From Candidatus Bathyarchaeota archaeon (lineage in GTDB: Archaea; Thermoproteota; Bathyarchaeia; Bathyarchaeales; Bathycorpusculaceae), in assembly GCA_963702095.1 (NCBI GenBank), contig OY969706.1, positions 448,001 to 512,000 on the forward strand: a stretch of DNA of 64,000 nt. Reading direction: 5' to 3'. Shown here one piece after another: positions 10,084-20,180 of this stretch. Each line of letters starts with the position of its first letter. Positions within the stretch are counted from its first letter, which is position 1. The position numbers were made by a program, and so were the translations under genes. Under the pieces are notes generated by a model. That model worked only from the letters and a program-made list of their open reading frames with translations, made no database searches and was not told the origin of the DNA.

Positions 10084-10455
10084 CTATATTCCTTCGGTTT
10101 CAACCCACTTCAAACTCTTCAAATCAGTAATCCGCTTATCAAGAAGCTTAACCAATTCCTGCCGCAACTGCTCCCCACTCATGCCCCTTTTGATGAAGCA
10201 TAGGCTGTTTGCGAAGTCTCTGTCACCTAAGGTGTCGTCGATCCACCTTTGTATGTCGCCTCGGTAATAGTGATAGGCGACTGAGTCGGAGTCGATGGTT
10301 TTGAGTTTATCTGAGAAGTCTTCTAGGCTAAGGGCGGTTGTGCCGGTGTAGGTGCCTGTTTGGATGTTAAAGTGGAATCCGTTTTCGTAGGGTACTGTTC
10401 TTAGTATGGTTGTGCTGTCTTTTTCCTCTATGTTTTCTTGTTCATAAGCTGTCAA
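10084..10455 (-). CDS. DUF5752-like protein
   Basis: ILRTVP..GFHF..TG..ALSLEDF..YH..RGD..RWI pattern. Confidence 0.7.
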   Translation of the reverse strand: MTAYEQENIEEKDSTTILRTVPYENGFHFNIQTGTYTGTTALSLEDFSDKLKTIDSDSVAYHYYRGDIQRWIDDTLGDRDFANSLCFIKRGMSGEQLRQELVKLLDKRITDLKSLKWVETEGI

Positions 10456-10980
10456 AACAAATTCTCCTCTTTAAACTCAGTCAGGGTTGGATATAGCTTG
10501 TTGTTGTGGTAGATAGGCAATTACAAACAGGTTCATGCCTACCTTTTTAAGCCAGATAGGAGCAGAGCTTGTTTTTTCTCCTTTTTCCTCAGCTCTTTTT
10601 CTCTTATAATCTGCTTGTGGTGTTCTAATCCTTCGATTTTCTCTTTTTTACTCTTATGCATACTAAGCACCAAAACACATCTATCGTAATTAGCGCGGAA
10701 CGATAAATATTGTAGCTTGAAAGATGCGAAGCCAAACGTTGGAGTTAAGGGCTGAAATTACCCTAAAAAATGCTTAGAAAACGATTTTTAGTGCAAATGG
10801 TGGGTTTTTTGGGTAAACTATAAAAGCGTAAAAGTAATCCAGAAACTGTACACCTCACGCGTTCGAATAGTTCCTTCGCAGGAACAACCACTCAGTCAGT
10901 TAAGAGTAAAATCTTAGTTGTGATACGGAAAGCCATATAAATTGCTTTTACGTGTTTGTTTGCGCATCGGAGATATAAAA

Positions 10981-11466
10981 ATGCCAAAATGGGGCTACTC
11001 AATAATCGAAGAAATGCTTAATCCAGAAAAAACAGCGAAAGCCAGTGGAAGAGAACTAAAGGTTTCCCACAAAGCCGCACGTGAAGTAGCAAAAGCTATC
11101 CGCGGCATGGACCTTGCCCCAGCCAAAGATTTCCTGCGCGACGTCGCCATCAAAAAGCGACCTGTCCCCTACACCAGATACATTAAGAAACTTGGCCACA
11201 AAGGCGGCATGGAGAATTGTGGCGTAGGTCGATACCCCATAAAAACTGCTGAAGCAGTCCTCCTTGTTTTGCAGGCTGCTCAGGCCAACGCAGAAAACAA
11301 GGGCTTAGACGTTGATCGCCTCCGAATCATGCACAGCGCCGCATATCAAGGTGTCAAACTTAAGCGTTACACCCCGCGAGCACACGGCAGAGCATCACCA
11401 AAATATGATATCATGACTCACATAGAAATCGTGCTCGAAGAGAAACCCACATCAGGAGAACAGTAA
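10981..11466 (+). CDS. rpl22: 50S ribosomal protein L22
   Basis: GRYPIK, PRAHGRASP, THIEIVL; ATG at 10981 with GGAG RBS. Confidence 0.97.
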   Translation: MPKWGYSIIEEMLNPEKTAKASGRELKVSHKAAREVAKAIRGMDLAPAKDFLRDVAIKKRPVPYTRYIKKLGHKGGMENCGVGRYPIKTAEAVLLVLQAAQANAENKGLDVDRLRIMHSAAYQGVKLKRYTPRAHGRASPKYDIMTHIEIVLEEKPTSGEQ

Positions 11467-12201
11467 ATGAGCATAGTAAAAAGGTTCATAACAGAATCAA
11501 TTAAACGCACAGAAATAGATGAGTTTTTACAGAGAAAACTTGAAAGAGCCGGATACGGCGGAGTCAACTTGTCCAAAACCCCGCTGGGCACCCACGTAGT
11601 CATCTACGCCATGCGCCCCGGCTTAGTTATCGGCAGAGGCGGAGAAACCATCAAAGAACTCGCCGCTTCTCTGGAACGCAACTTCAAAGTTTCCAATCCA
11701 CAGATTTCAGTTTCAGAAATTGAAGTCCCAGAATTCAACGCCCACGTCGTCGCAAACCGCGTTACCTCAGCATTAGAACGCGGTGTCCACTTCAGACGCG
11801 CAGGTTTCTGGGCACTCAACCAAGTTATGGAAGCAGGCGCACTCGGAGCTGAAATCGTTATCAGCGGCAAATTAACCACTGAACGCGCACGCTTCGAGAA
11901 ATTTAGGGCAGGTCACTTTCCCATCGTCGGCGAACCAGCCGCACGCGCCATGCGAACCGCCGAAGCACATGTCCAGCTTAAACCCGGCATGATCGGGGTC
12001 CGAGTGAAGCTTATGCCTGCAGACGCATTCTTCCCAGACAAAGTCACAATCATAGAACCTGAACCTGAAACCGAAGCAGCAGTCGTCGTAACCAGCGAAC
12101 CAACTCCCGCACCAACTCCAGCAGCACCAGCATCCGCACCTGAACCAGCCCAAGAAGCAGCACCTGAAACAGAAACTAAACCAGCGGAGGAGAAACAGTA
12201 A
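11467..12201 (+). CDS. rps3: 30S ribosomal protein S3 with P/A/E-rich tail
   Basis: RPGLVIGRGG KH motif, GAEIVISGKL. Confidence 0.97.
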   Translation: MSIVKRFITESIKRTEIDEFLQRKLERAGYGGVNLSKTPLGTHVVIYAMRPGLVIGRGGETIKELAASLERNFKVSNPQISVSEIEVPEFNAHVVANRVTSALERGVHFRRAGFWALNQVMEAGALGAEIVISGKLTTERARFEKFRAGHFPIVGEPAARAMRTAEAHVQLKPGMIGVRVKLMPADAFFPDKVTIIEPEPETEAAVVVTSEPTPAPTPAAPASAPEPAQEAAPETETKPAEEKQ

Positions 12202-12515
12202 TGCCAGTTATGCGTATCAAAGAAATCGCGGCCCTATCAGAGGAAGCACGTGAACAGCGCCTGATCGATTTCCGTACTGAGCTTGCACGCATTAGAACCA
12301 TGGTTAACGCAGGCGGCGCCGTAGAAAACCCTACCCGCATCCGCCAACTGCGCAAGACCATCGCTCAAATCCTCACCATTGAGAATGAACAGAAACTTGG
12401 GCTCCGCAAGGCTCCTGTAGCTGAAAAGAAAGAGGAAAAACCCGCTAAGAAAGCTAAGCCCAAAAAAGAGGTTAAAGAAACAACAGAAGAACCTGAGGAG
12501 AAAGCTTCCCAATGA
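12201..12515 (+). CDS. rpl29: 50S ribosomal protein L29 with K/E tail
   Basis: GGAVENPTRIRQLRKTIAQILT. Confidence 0.96.
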   Translation: MPVMRIKEIAALSEEAREQRLIDFRTELARIRTMVNAGGAVENPTRIRQLRKTIAQILTIENEQKLGLRKAPVAEKKEEKPAKKAKPKKEVKETTEEPEEKASQ

Positions 12516-12793
12516 AAGTAACTCCAGACATTATCCGTTATGAATTCATCGGAGCAAAAGGATTAGTCGCCCAAAGCCCCAACCCAAACCTGATGGGTGT
12601 AGGCGGCTTAGTTGTAGGTGAAACCCGCAACACCTTCACTTTCCAAGGCGAAGGCAGAACACGCAGCGTCATAAAGGAAGCTGCAACATTCGATTTTACC
12701 TTCGACGACGGCGCAGTCGTTGAGATTGATGGTAAACTACTGGTCGCCAGCTCAGAAGACCGGCTTAAGAAAAGCGTAAAGAGGTTATGGTAA
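12512..12793 (+). CDS. rnp1: RNase P protein subunit Rpp29/Pop4
   Basis: EFIG..G.VV.ETRNT..IDGKLL; conserved position between L29 and S17. Confidence 0.9.
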   Translation: MKVTPDIIRYEFIGAKGLVAQSPNPNLMGVGGLVVGETRNTFTFQGEGRTRSVIKEAATFDFTFDDGAVVEIDGKLLVASSEDRLKKSVKRLW

Positions 12794-12794
12794 T

Positions 12795-13115
12795 ATGTCA
12801 ATGAGTTTCAAGCAACCAAAAAAGACCTGTGACGACAAAAACTGTCCCTTCCACGGATCCCTCCCAATTCGAGGTCGAGTACTAGAAGGCGTAGTTCACA
12901 CAGCCAAGATGGACAAAACCGTTATCGTTGACCGAGAATTCATGCAGTTCTCATCAAAATTCGTCCGATATGAACGCAGACACGGACACATCCCATCACA
13001 CAATCCACCATGTTTAGACGTTAAAGAAGGCGACCGCGTTAAAATCGCTGAGTGTAGACCACTGAGCAAAACGGTTTCCTTCGTAGTTGTTGAAAAAGTA
13101 GGAGAAGAGAAGTAA
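12795..13115 (+). CDS. rps17: 30S ribosomal protein S17
   Basis: CDDKNCPFHG, ECRPLSKT. Confidence 0.97.
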   Translation: MSMSFKQPKKTCDDKNCPFHGSLPIRGRVLEGVVHTAKMDKTVIVDREFMQFSSKFVRYERRHGHIPSHNPPCLDVKEGDRVKIAECRPLSKTVSFVVVEKVGEEK

Positions 13116-13116
13116 A

Positions 13117-13560
13117 ATGTGTGCAGCGAAAGCAAAACAGAGAGCATTAACCGCAAAAGGCATGCTATCACACGGACAAAAAATCAGCCGTGGCTTACTT
13201 GCAGGCTCAGAAATGAAATGCGCAGACAACACCGGCGCACGTGTCCTACGCTTAATACAAGCCATGGGCTACAAGGGCAGACTAAGACGTTACCCATCCG
13301 CCACAGTCGGCGACAAAGTCACCGTCTCCGTCCGCCAAGGCTCACCGGACATGCGTAAAAAAATGTTCCAGGCAATCATTGTCCGCCAAAGAAAAACGTA
13401 CCGCCGCATCGACGGCGTCTGGATTCAATTTGAAGATAACGCAGCAGTCATCATTACTCCAGAAGGCGAAATGAAAGGCTCAGAAATCCGTGGCCCCGTA
13501 GCCAGAGAAGCAGCTGAAAGATGGCCAAGAATCGCAAGCGCCTCAAGCATAATAGTGTAG
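13117..13560 (+). CDS. rpl14: 50S ribosomal protein L14
   Basis: CADNTGA, FEDNAAVI, GPVAREAAERWPRI. Confidence 0.97.
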   Translation: MCAAKAKQRALTAKGMLSHGQKISRGLLAGSEMKCADNTGARVLRLIQAMGYKGRLRRYPSATVGDKVTVSVRQGSPDMRKKMFQAIIVRQRKTYRRIDGVWIQFEDNAAVIITPEGEMKGSEIRGPVAREAAERWPRIASASSIIV

Positions 13561-13573
13561 GAGAATAAAGATA

Positions 13574-14176
13574 ATGCAGAAATCAGTAAAAGACCCCAGT
13601 AAACAAAGAAAAAGGCTTTTCAACGCCCCAGCCCACATACGCCACAAAATGATGGCTGCGCCGCTCTCAAGTGAACTTCAAGCTTCAAGAGGCGCAAAAA
13701 CCCTGCCCGTCCGCAGAGGCGACACCGTTCGCATCTTACGCGGCGACAACAAGGGTTTCGAAGGCAAAGTTTCACGTGTCGACCTCAAAGCCTACCGAAT
13801 CTACATGGAAGGCTTAACACGTGAAAAAGTCGACGGAACCAACATTTTCTTGGCAGTTCACCCATCCAAAGTCCAAATACGCAACCTAAACCTCGACGAC
13901 AAATACCGCAAAGACACCATCATTGGACGCAAACAAGCGCCCGCGAAAAAAGAGAACAAAAAGCCGAAAGCTCAGCCAGCCAAAGCTGCAAAGGCTCCAA
14001 CCAAGAAAAAGGCTAAGGTTGAAGAAGAACCAGAAATCGAAGAAGAAGCGGCGCCTGAAGAAGTTGAAGAAGAGAAAGCACCAGCCGAAAATGAAGCCGC
14101 CGAAAAAGAAACAGAGGAAGAAGAAGCCGCACCTAAAAAGCGCGCTGAGAAAGCCTCTGCAAAAGGAGGAGAATAA
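13574..14176 (+). CDS. rpl24: 50S ribosomal protein L24 with long K/E tail
   Basis: KQRKRLFNAP, GDTVRILRG KOW motif, HPSKV. Confidence 0.96.
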   Translation: MQKSVKDPSKQRKRLFNAPAHIRHKMMAAPLSSELQASRGAKTLPVRRGDTVRILRGDNKGFEGKVSRVDLKAYRIYMEGLTREKVDGTNIFLAVHPSKVQIRNLNLDDKYRKDTIIGRKQAPAKKENKKPKAQPAKAAKAPTKKKAKVEEEPEIEEEAAPEEVEEEKAPAENEAAEKETEEEEAAPKKRAEKASAKGGE

Positions 14177-14178
14177 GT

Positions 14179-14943
14179 TTGGGTAAAAAAGGAAAGACCG
14201 CACGTTTGAAACGTAAGCCAGCACCAGCATTCTGGCAGATTCACAGAAAAGAATTACCTTGGGTAGTTAAGCCTTCATCAGGTTCACATTCACTACACAA
14301 ATGTCTACCCTTAACCTTGGTTTTACGTGACATGCTAGGTGTAGCTCAAACAAGAAAAGAAGGCAAAATCGTCATTGCGCAAGGCAAAGTGATAGTCAAC
14401 GGGAAAGTCTACAGAAAAGACGATATCCCAGTTGGCTTAATGGATGTCATTGCTTTACCTGACAGCGGCAAATACTACAGAGTTATGCCTTCACACAAAG
14501 GACTCATTGTAGCTCCAATAAGCAAAGAAGAATCCAACACCTCTTTGCTGCGAGTCGAAAGCAAAACCACAGTATCTAACGGAGTACAAATTGCCGTTCA
14601 CGACGGCTCAGTTATGCTAGTCAAAGTTGCGGACCCAAAGAAACCCACAGAAGTCACCTACGACACATTCGACGTTCTCAAAGTCACCTATCCAGATAAA
14701 ACCGTAACACAAACCCTCAAAACCAAAGAGGGCACTCTTGCATTAATTACAGGCGGCAAAAACATTGGCAAAATGGGCAAAATCGTAGAAATCGAAAAAA
14801 CAGAAGCCAAGAAACGCCGCCAAGCCCTCGTCGTCATCGAAGACGCCCAAGGCCAACGTTACCAAACAATCCTTGACTTTATCTTCAGCATAGGTGAAAC
14901 TGCACCATTGATCAACACTTTGGAGGCATTAACAGTTGAGTGA
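14179..14943 (+). CDS. rps4e: 30S ribosomal protein S4e
   Basis: LKRKPAPAFW, PVGLMDVI, ITGGKNIG; TTG start. Confidence 0.96.
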   Translation: MGKKGKTARLKRKPAPAFWQIHRKELPWVVKPSSGSHSLHKCLPLTLVLRDMLGVAQTRKEGKIVIAQGKVIVNGKVYRKDDIPVGLMDVIALPDSGKYYRVMPSHKGLIVAPISKEESNTSLLRVESKTTVSNGVQIAVHDGSVMLVKVADPKKPTEVTYDTFDVLKVTYPDKTVTQTLKTKEGTLALITGGKNIGKMGKIVEIEKTEAKKRRQALVVIEDAQGQRYQTILDFIFSIGETAPLINTLEALTVE

Positions 14944-15478
14944 AGAAGAAGCAATGATTAAGACTTGGGAAGAGTGCCCGATGCTTAAACCACGCATCGA
15001 AAAAGTCGTGGTTAACCTCAACGTCGGCAAATCAGGTGAACCCCTAGAAAAAGCCAACAGAGTCCTCGAAGAAATCACCGGACGCACCCCAGTTAAACGA
15101 AAAGCCAAAAGCACCATCCGCGACTTCGGCATACGTGAAGGCGAATCCATCGCAGTTGTCGTAACCCTGCGCAAACAAGAAGCACTTGCCTTCCTAAAGA
15201 AAGTCATGCCAGTCATCGATAACAAAGTCGCTAAACGCGCTTTTGATGTCCGCGGAAACTTTAGCTTCGGACTCAAAGAACACATCGACATCCCAGGCGT
15301 CAAATATGACCCAGAAATCGGCATATTCGGCATGGACATCTGCGTTACCGTTAACCGTCCAGGTCAACGCATCAAAATCCGCAAACGCCAAAGCCAACCA
15401 ATCGGTCCCAAGCACGTGTTAACACCTGAAGAATCAATTCTCTTCATAAAACAAACGTTAGGAGTAGAAATCGTCTAA
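14936..15478 (+). CDS. rpl5: 50S ribosomal protein L5
   Basis: [26 protein letters not shown]. Confidence 0.97.
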   Translation: MSEEEAMIKTWEECPMLKPRIEKVVVNLNVGKSGEPLEKANRVLEEITGRTPVKRKAKSTIRDFGIREGESIAVVVTLRKQEALAFLKKVMPVIDNKVAKRAFDVRGNFSFGLKEHIDIPGVKYDPEIGIFGMDICVTVNRPGQRIKIRKRQSQPIGPKHVLTPEESILFIKQTLGVEIV

Positions 15479-15494
15479 AACAGAGAGTGAATGT

Positions 15495-15659
15495 ATGGGA
15501 AAACAGCAAGTCAAGAAAGAACGAAAATACGGCAAAGGCGCACGTCCATGTGTAAGATGCGGTTCTTACGGTCCCGTTATCAGACGTTACAATTTATATT
15601 TATGTAGGACATGTTTTAGAGAGGCTGCTCCAAAATTGGGTTTCAAAAAATATGAGTAG
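15495..15659 (+). CDS. rps14: 30S ribosomal protein S14 (zinc-binding; absent from the ORF track)
   Basis: Manual translation: [54 protein letters not shown]. Confidence 0.95.
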   Translation: MGKQQVKKERKYGKGARPCVRCGSYGPVIRRYNLYLCRTCFREAAPKLGFKKYE

Positions 15660-15674
15660 GAGCTAAGAAAGAAA

Positions 15675-16058
15675 ATGGACACTTTAACAAACGGTCTCAT
15701 AACCATCATAAACAACGAAACACGCAACAAACGTGAATGCATCATTAGCCCTGCCTCTAAACTTTTGGGGCGCGTCCTACGCATCATGCAACTTAACGGT
15801 TACATAGGCGAATTCGAATTCATCGATGATGGACGTCAAGGAAAATTCAAAGTCCAACTCCTCGGCAGAATCAACAAGTGTGGCCCAGTTAAACCACGCT
15901 TTGCCGTAAAATCCACGGAGTACGAGGACTGGGAAAAGAAATTCCTCCCCTCCAGAGACGTCGGCATCATGGTTGTATCCACATCTAAAGGCGTCATCGC
16001 CCACAAGGATGCAGAACAAAAGAACATCGGAGGAAGGCTCTTAGCCTTCGTGTATTAG
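15675..16058 (+). CDS. rps8: 30S ribosomal protein S8
   Basis: GYIGEFEFIDDGR, STSKG, GGRLLAFVY. Confidence 0.97.
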   Translation: MDTLTNGLITIINNETRNKRECIISPASKLLGRVLRIMQLNGYIGEFEFIDDGRQGKFKVQLLGRINKCGPVKPRFAVKSTEYEDWEKKFLPSRDVGIMVVSTSKGVIAHKDAEQKNIGGRLLAFVY

Positions 16059-16070
16059 GAGAAGAAACTT

Positions 16071-16616
16071 ATGCGGCTTCCAGAAGTATCAAGAACCATC
16101 GAAGTTCCAGACGACGTAACCCTCAGTGTAGTTGACAAAAAAGTCAGCGTTAAAGGTGCCAAAGGAAACCTTACCCGCGACTTCTCCTATGCAACAGTAG
16201 CCATAGAAGGCGAAGGCAAAAACGTCCGCATATTCGCCAAGTGGCCACGCAAAAAGGAAACCGCCCTCGTAGGAACCATCTACTCACACATCAACAACAT
16301 GATCACAGGCGTAACCAAAGGCTACTCCTACAAGCTGAAAATCGTCTTCTCACACTTCCCCATATCTGTGAAACTCCAAGGCAAATCCGTCCTCATCGAA
16401 AACTTTACAGGAGAACGCAGACCACGCCGAGTTGACATTCTAGGCGAAGTCAAAGTCAAAATCGAACCAGAAGACATCATCATCCAAGGCACAAACCTTG
16501 AAGAAGTCAGCCAAACCGCCGCCAACATCGAACAGTCCACAAAGGTACGGGGAAAAGACCCACGCGTCTTCCTAGACGGCATCTACATTTATGAACGAAA
16601 CGAAGGAATGGCATAA
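16071..16616 (+). CDS. rpl6: 50S ribosomal protein L6
   Basis: SHFPISV, DPRVFLDGIYI. Confidence 0.97.
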   Translation: MRLPEVSRTIEVPDDVTLSVVDKKVSVKGAKGNLTRDFSYATVAIEGEGKNVRIFAKWPRKKETALVGTIYSHINNMITGVTKGYSYKLKIVFSHFPISVKLQGKSVLIENFTGERRPRRVDILGEVKVKIEPEDIIIQGTNLEEVSQTAANIEQSTKVRGKDPRVFLDGIYIYERNEGMA

Positions 16617-17257
16617 TGAGCGAAAAGAAAATTTCACCCTCACGCAAAGAACTCCGCCTAAGGGAACGCGCTAGAAACAAGAAGCCCAAGTTTGTACGGG
16701 CGGAAAGCTGGAAATACGACCGCTTCAGCTTAAGCTGGCGCCGACCACGCGGACTCGACAACAAGATCCGCCGAAAAATCCTCGGTTGGCCTCCAGGACC
16801 AAGCATGGGTTACAAGGGCCCTAAAGTTGCCCGCGGCGTTCACCCATCAGGTTACCGTGAAGTTATCGTTTACAACGTAGCAGACCTATCTGGCGTAGAC
16901 ATCAACACTCAAGCAGTCCGCATCGCCCACACAGTCGGTAAACGCAAACGCGCAGACATCATTGCCAAAGCCAAAGAACTCAACCTTAAAATCCTAAACA
17001 TCAAAGTCTCCGCTGAAGCCGAAGCAGTAGAAACTGAAGAGAAAGAAGAAGCAGAGGAAACCGAAGAAACAACCGAAGAAGAATCCGCTGAAGAGAAAAA
17101 GGAAGCCAAGGTCGAAAAGAAGAAGCCTAAGCCTAAAGCAAAGAAAGAAGAGGCAAAACCCAAAGCAAAAAAGCCCAAAGAAAAAGCCAAGGCTGCACCC
17201 AAAAAGAAAGAAACTAAATCGAAAACTAAACCCAAGAAAGGAGACAAAAAGCAATGA
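16616..17257 (+). CDS. rpl32e: 50S ribosomal protein L32e with acidic then basic tail
   Basis: WRRPRGLDNKIR, GVHPSG. Confidence 0.96.
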   Translation: MSEKKISPSRKELRLRERARNKKPKFVRAESWKYDRFSLSWRRPRGLDNKIRRKILGWPPGPSMGYKGPKVARGVHPSGYREVIVYNVADLSGVDINTQAVRIAHTVGKRKRADIIAKAKELNLKILNIKVSAEAEAVETEEKEEAEETEETTEEESAEEKKEAKVEKKKPKPKAKKEEAKPKAKKPKEKAKAAPKKKETKSKTKPKKGDKKQ

Positions 17258-17709
17258 CTGACTTAAGTGGACAAAGACGGCTCGCGGCTCAAATTCTCAA
17301 AATCGGTCAGAACCGAGTTTGGATTAACCCCGCACGCATGGACGACGTGGACGGAGCAATTACACGTGAAGAAATCCGCAAGCTGATCCACGAGAAAATC
17401 ATCGTTTCATTACCCGAGAAAGGCGTAAGCCGCTCTAGGGCAAAAACCATCCGAGCAAAGAAACGCCTAGGTCGCCGCCGAGGAATGGGCAGCGTTACCG
17501 GCGCAGGCTACGCAAAAGTCACTCAGAAAGACGCTTGGATGCTAAAAATCCGTTCGTTGCGGCGTAAACTCCGCGCGCTCAAAGCCAGCCGAGTGATAGC
17601 TGAAACCACCTATACCCAGTACTATAGGATGGCGGGCAGTGGACGATTCGATTCTATCGCAGAGTTAGAACGCAACTTAAAAGAGCATGACTTATGGAGG
17701 AAACGTTAA
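17254..17709 (+). CDS. rpl19e: 50S ribosomal protein L19e
   Basis: QRRLAAQIL..RVWINP..AITREEIR. Confidence 0.96.
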   Translation: MTDLSGQRRLAAQILKIGQNRVWINPARMDDVDGAITREEIRKLIHEKIIVSLPEKGVSRSRAKTIRAKKRLGRRRGMGSVTGAGYAKVTQKDAWMLKIRSLRRKLRALKASRVIAETTYTQYYRMAGSGRFDSIAELERNLKEHDLWRKR

Positions 17710-18801
17710 GTGGCAAAGAGTAGCAATTACCGCGTACAACTACGTCGAAGACGCGAAGGAAAAACCGATTACCAAGCACGCAAGGCACTTGTCATTTCTG
17801 GCAGGCCCCGCTTAGTCGCTCGAACCTCATTACGGAACTCAACCGCACAGATCATCATTGCAAAACCCATAGGCGACCAAGTTTTAGCCGCAGCCAACAG
17901 CCGTGAACTCATCAAGAAATATGGTTGGAAAGCACCAACCGGCAACCTCCCAGCAGCCTACCTTACCGGTTTGCTCTGTGGACTCAAAGCCAAAGCAGCA
18001 GGCATAGACGCAGCCATCCTCGACTTAGGATTAATTAACCCAACCAAAGGCGCCAAAGTCTTCGCTGTCCTTCACGGTGTAATCGACGCAGGTGTAGAGG
18101 TACCGCATGGCGAGGGAAAAATCGTTGAATACCGCTCTAAAGGCGACCACATTGTAGGCTACGCTAATGAGTTAAGCAGCGAAGACCCTGAAGCTTATGA
18201 GGCAAAATTCTCAAAGTACACTGCTGAAGGGGTTGAACCTGAAAAGGTCGCTGAACACTTCAGCAAGGTTCGCTTGGCAATCGTCGGTTCCTTCAAAGGT
18301 GCTCAAGTTGCTCCTGAACCCGAAAGTGCACCACAAGCCAAAGCAAAACCTAAGGCAGCACCAAAACCTGAAGGCAAGCCTGCTCCAAAACATGAAGTTA
18401 AACCCGCCGCTCCTAAAGCTGAAGTTAAAGCTGTAGAAGCACCAAAAGCTGAAGCCAAGGTGGAGGTGCCAAAGGTAGAAATTAAAGTTGCGCCGAAAGC
18501 CGAAGTTAAAGCTCCCAAAGAAGAAGCCAAGCCCGAAGTAAAAGCAGTTAAAGAAAAGGCGCATGCAGAGGAGAAAGCTCCAAAAGCCAAAGCCGCAGAA
18601 GCCAAGGCTGCTCATGCCAAAGCGGCTCCTGAAGAAAAAGCAGAGAAAGCCGAAAAGGCTCCGGTGAAAGGTAAAGCTGCAAAAGCAAAAGCTCCTGCTA
18701 AAGGAAAAGCATCAAAAGAAAAAGCTGCCTCCAAAGGAAAGGCGCCGGCAAAAGAGAAAGCACCAGCTAAAAAAGCTGCTGCAAAGAAGGGTGGAAAGTA
18801 A
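17710..18801 (+). CDS. rpl18: 50S ribosomal protein L18 with ~165-aa K/A/P/E tail
   Basis: RRRREGKTDY, GNLPAAYLTG; long low-complexity C terminus. Confidence 0.95.
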   Translation: MAKSSNYRVQLRRRREGKTDYQARKALVISGRPRLVARTSLRNSTAQIIIAKPIGDQVLAAANSRELIKKYGWKAPTGNLPAAYLTGLLCGLKAKAAGIDAAILDLGLINPTKGAKVFAVLHGVIDAGVEVPHGEGKIVEYRSKGDHIVGYANELSSEDPEAYEAKFSKYTAEGVEPEKVAEHFSKVRLAIVGSFKGAQVAPEPESAPQAKAKPKAAPKPEGKPAPKHEVKPAAPKAEVKAVEAPKAEAKVEVPKVEIKVAPKAEVKAPKEEAKPEVKAVKEKAHAEEKAPKAKAAEAKAAHAKAAPEEKAEKAEKAPVKGKAAKAKAPAKGKASKEKAASKGKAPAKEKAPAKKAAAKKGGK

Positions 18802-18803
18802 GA

Positions 18804-19475
18804 ATGAGTCGAAGAAGTCAACCAAGAGATAGAAGTCGAGACAGCGAACGACGTGCAGCAAGCCTAGAACAGTGGGTACCAAGAACCCGCTTGGGCAAAA
18901 TGATTCAAGAAGGCAAAATCACAACCATTGAAGACCTATTCCTATCAGGGATAAAAATCAGTGAATCCCAAATCGTCGACTCGCTAATCCCAGACCTGCA
19001 AGAAGAAGTCATAAACGTTAACCTTGTACAGAAACAAACCGACGCCGGCGAAAAAAGCCGCTTCAAAGCCATAGTCGCCGTAGGCAACAGAGACGGCTAC
19101 GTCGGATTAGGCCAAGGTAAAGCCAGCCAAGTCCGCAACGCCATCGAAAAAGCAGCAGCCAACGCACGCCTCAACATCATCCCAGTTAAACGGGGATGCG
19201 GAAGTTGGGAATGCGGCTGCGGTAAACCCCACAGCGTACCCTTCCAAGTGGAGGGCAAATGCGGCGGCGTCCGAGTCGTCATCGTTCCCGGTCCAAGAGG
19301 CTTAGGCTTGGTTTCCAGCGAAGTCGCCAAAGTCATCTTGGGGTTAGCAGGCGTTAAAGACCTCTGGATGAGAAGCTACGGCTCAACCCGAACCGTCCCA
19401 TCCTATGCCTGCGCAATCTTTGACGGATTAACCAAAACCTACAACTTAATCACAACAACCGATTGGGTGAAGTAA
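18804..19475 (+). CDS. rps5: 30S ribosomal protein S5
   Basis: WVPRTRLG, QKQTDAG, GCGSWECGCG. Confidence 0.97.
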   Translation: MSRRSQPRDRSRDSERRAASLEQWVPRTRLGKMIQEGKITTIEDLFLSGIKISESQIVDSLIPDLQEEVINVNLVQKQTDAGEKSRFKAIVAVGNRDGYVGLGQGKASQVRNAIEKAAANARLNIIPVKRGCGSWECGCGKPHSVPFQVEGKCGGVRVVIVPGPRGLGLVSSEVAKVILGLAGVKDLWMRSYGSTRTVPSYACAIFDGLTKTYNLITTTDWVK

Positions 19476-19476
19476 A

Positions 19477-19962
19477 TTGGCACAACAAATAGAAGAATGC
19501 AAATGCTTCGTAGTTGTCAGAATCCGCGGAACCATCAGTGCAGTGCGAGAAGCCCGTGAAACCCTAGAGCTCCTACGCTTAAGCCACACTAACCACGCAA
19601 TACTCATCGACAGCCGACCCGCCTACAAAGGCATGCTGCAACGCGTAAACAACTATGTAACCTGGGGCGAACCCACCAAAGAAACCGTCTTAGCAATGTT
19701 GCAGAAACGCGGCAGATACTTAGGCGACAAAAAACTCGCTGAAAACATAGAAAAAACAGGCTACAAAACCATCGATGAACTCGCAGACGCCATCGTCAAC
19801 TGCAAAGTTGCATACAAAAACCTGCCAGACATCGAAGCACGCTTTAAACTGCATCCGCCAAGCAAAGGTTACAAGGGTCAAATCAAGAACTCTTTCCGTG
19901 CAGGCGGCGAAGCAGGCTACCGCGGCGAAGCCATCAACGAACTCGTCAAACGCATGGTTTAA
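19477..19962 (+). CDS. rpl30: 50S ribosomal protein L30
   Basis: VVRIRG, YVTWGE, LHPPSKG, GYRGEAINEL. Confidence 0.96.
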   Translation: MAQQIEECKCFVVVRIRGTISAVREARETLELLRLSHTNHAILIDSRPAYKGMLQRVNNYVTWGEPTKETVLAMLQKRGRYLGDKKLAENIEKTGYKTIDELADAIVNCKVAYKNLPDIEARFKLHPPSKGYKGQIKNSFRAGGEAGYRGEAINELVKRMV

Positions 19963-19969
19963 GCCTGCG

Positions 19970-20000
19970 TTTATATTTTTACTATTTTTATTTTCTTGTG
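19970..20000 (+). terminator. T-rich archaeal terminator after rpl30
   Basis: Several oligo-T tracts immediately after the stop codon. Confidence 0.55.
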
Positions 20001-20070
20001 GTATTTCCATTTCACGCATTTTGGTTAAATCTTACTTTGTCTTCAGTAAAATTGTTAGCTTGGATTCTTT

Positions 20071-20175
20071 ATGACTAAGGCAACAACCTCATTGCGGTCC
20101 ATCTCGGAAGAAATACAAAAGATGAGCGCTATACTAGATAAGCTTGTAAATGCTTACATAGAAAAACAGGGTTAA
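20071..20175 (+). CDS. Possible 34-aa helical small protein
   Basis: MTKATTSLRSISEEIQKMSAILDKLVNAYIEKQG; amphipathic; fills the gap before a convergent gene. Confidence 0.3.
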   Translation: MTKATTSLRSISEEIQKMSAILDKLVNAYIEKQG

Positions 20176-20180
20176 CCTGG

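Noticed and set aside
10605-10760. Possible further degenerate copy of repeat B (minus strand)
   Set aside because: Only two short matches, with the wrong spacing
10870-10885. GTTCCT-TCGC-AGGAAC hairpin as a ribosomal leader regulator
   Set aside because: A single 6-bp stem is expected by chance, and no comparative support is available
13886-18615. Phe-rich antisense ORFs opposite the ribosomal genes
   Set aside because: These are shadows of GAA/AAA-rich sense codons
18300-18801. AAAGC/CCAAAAGC periodicity as a DNA repeat element
   Set aside because: Explained by the K/A/P-rich coding tail of L18
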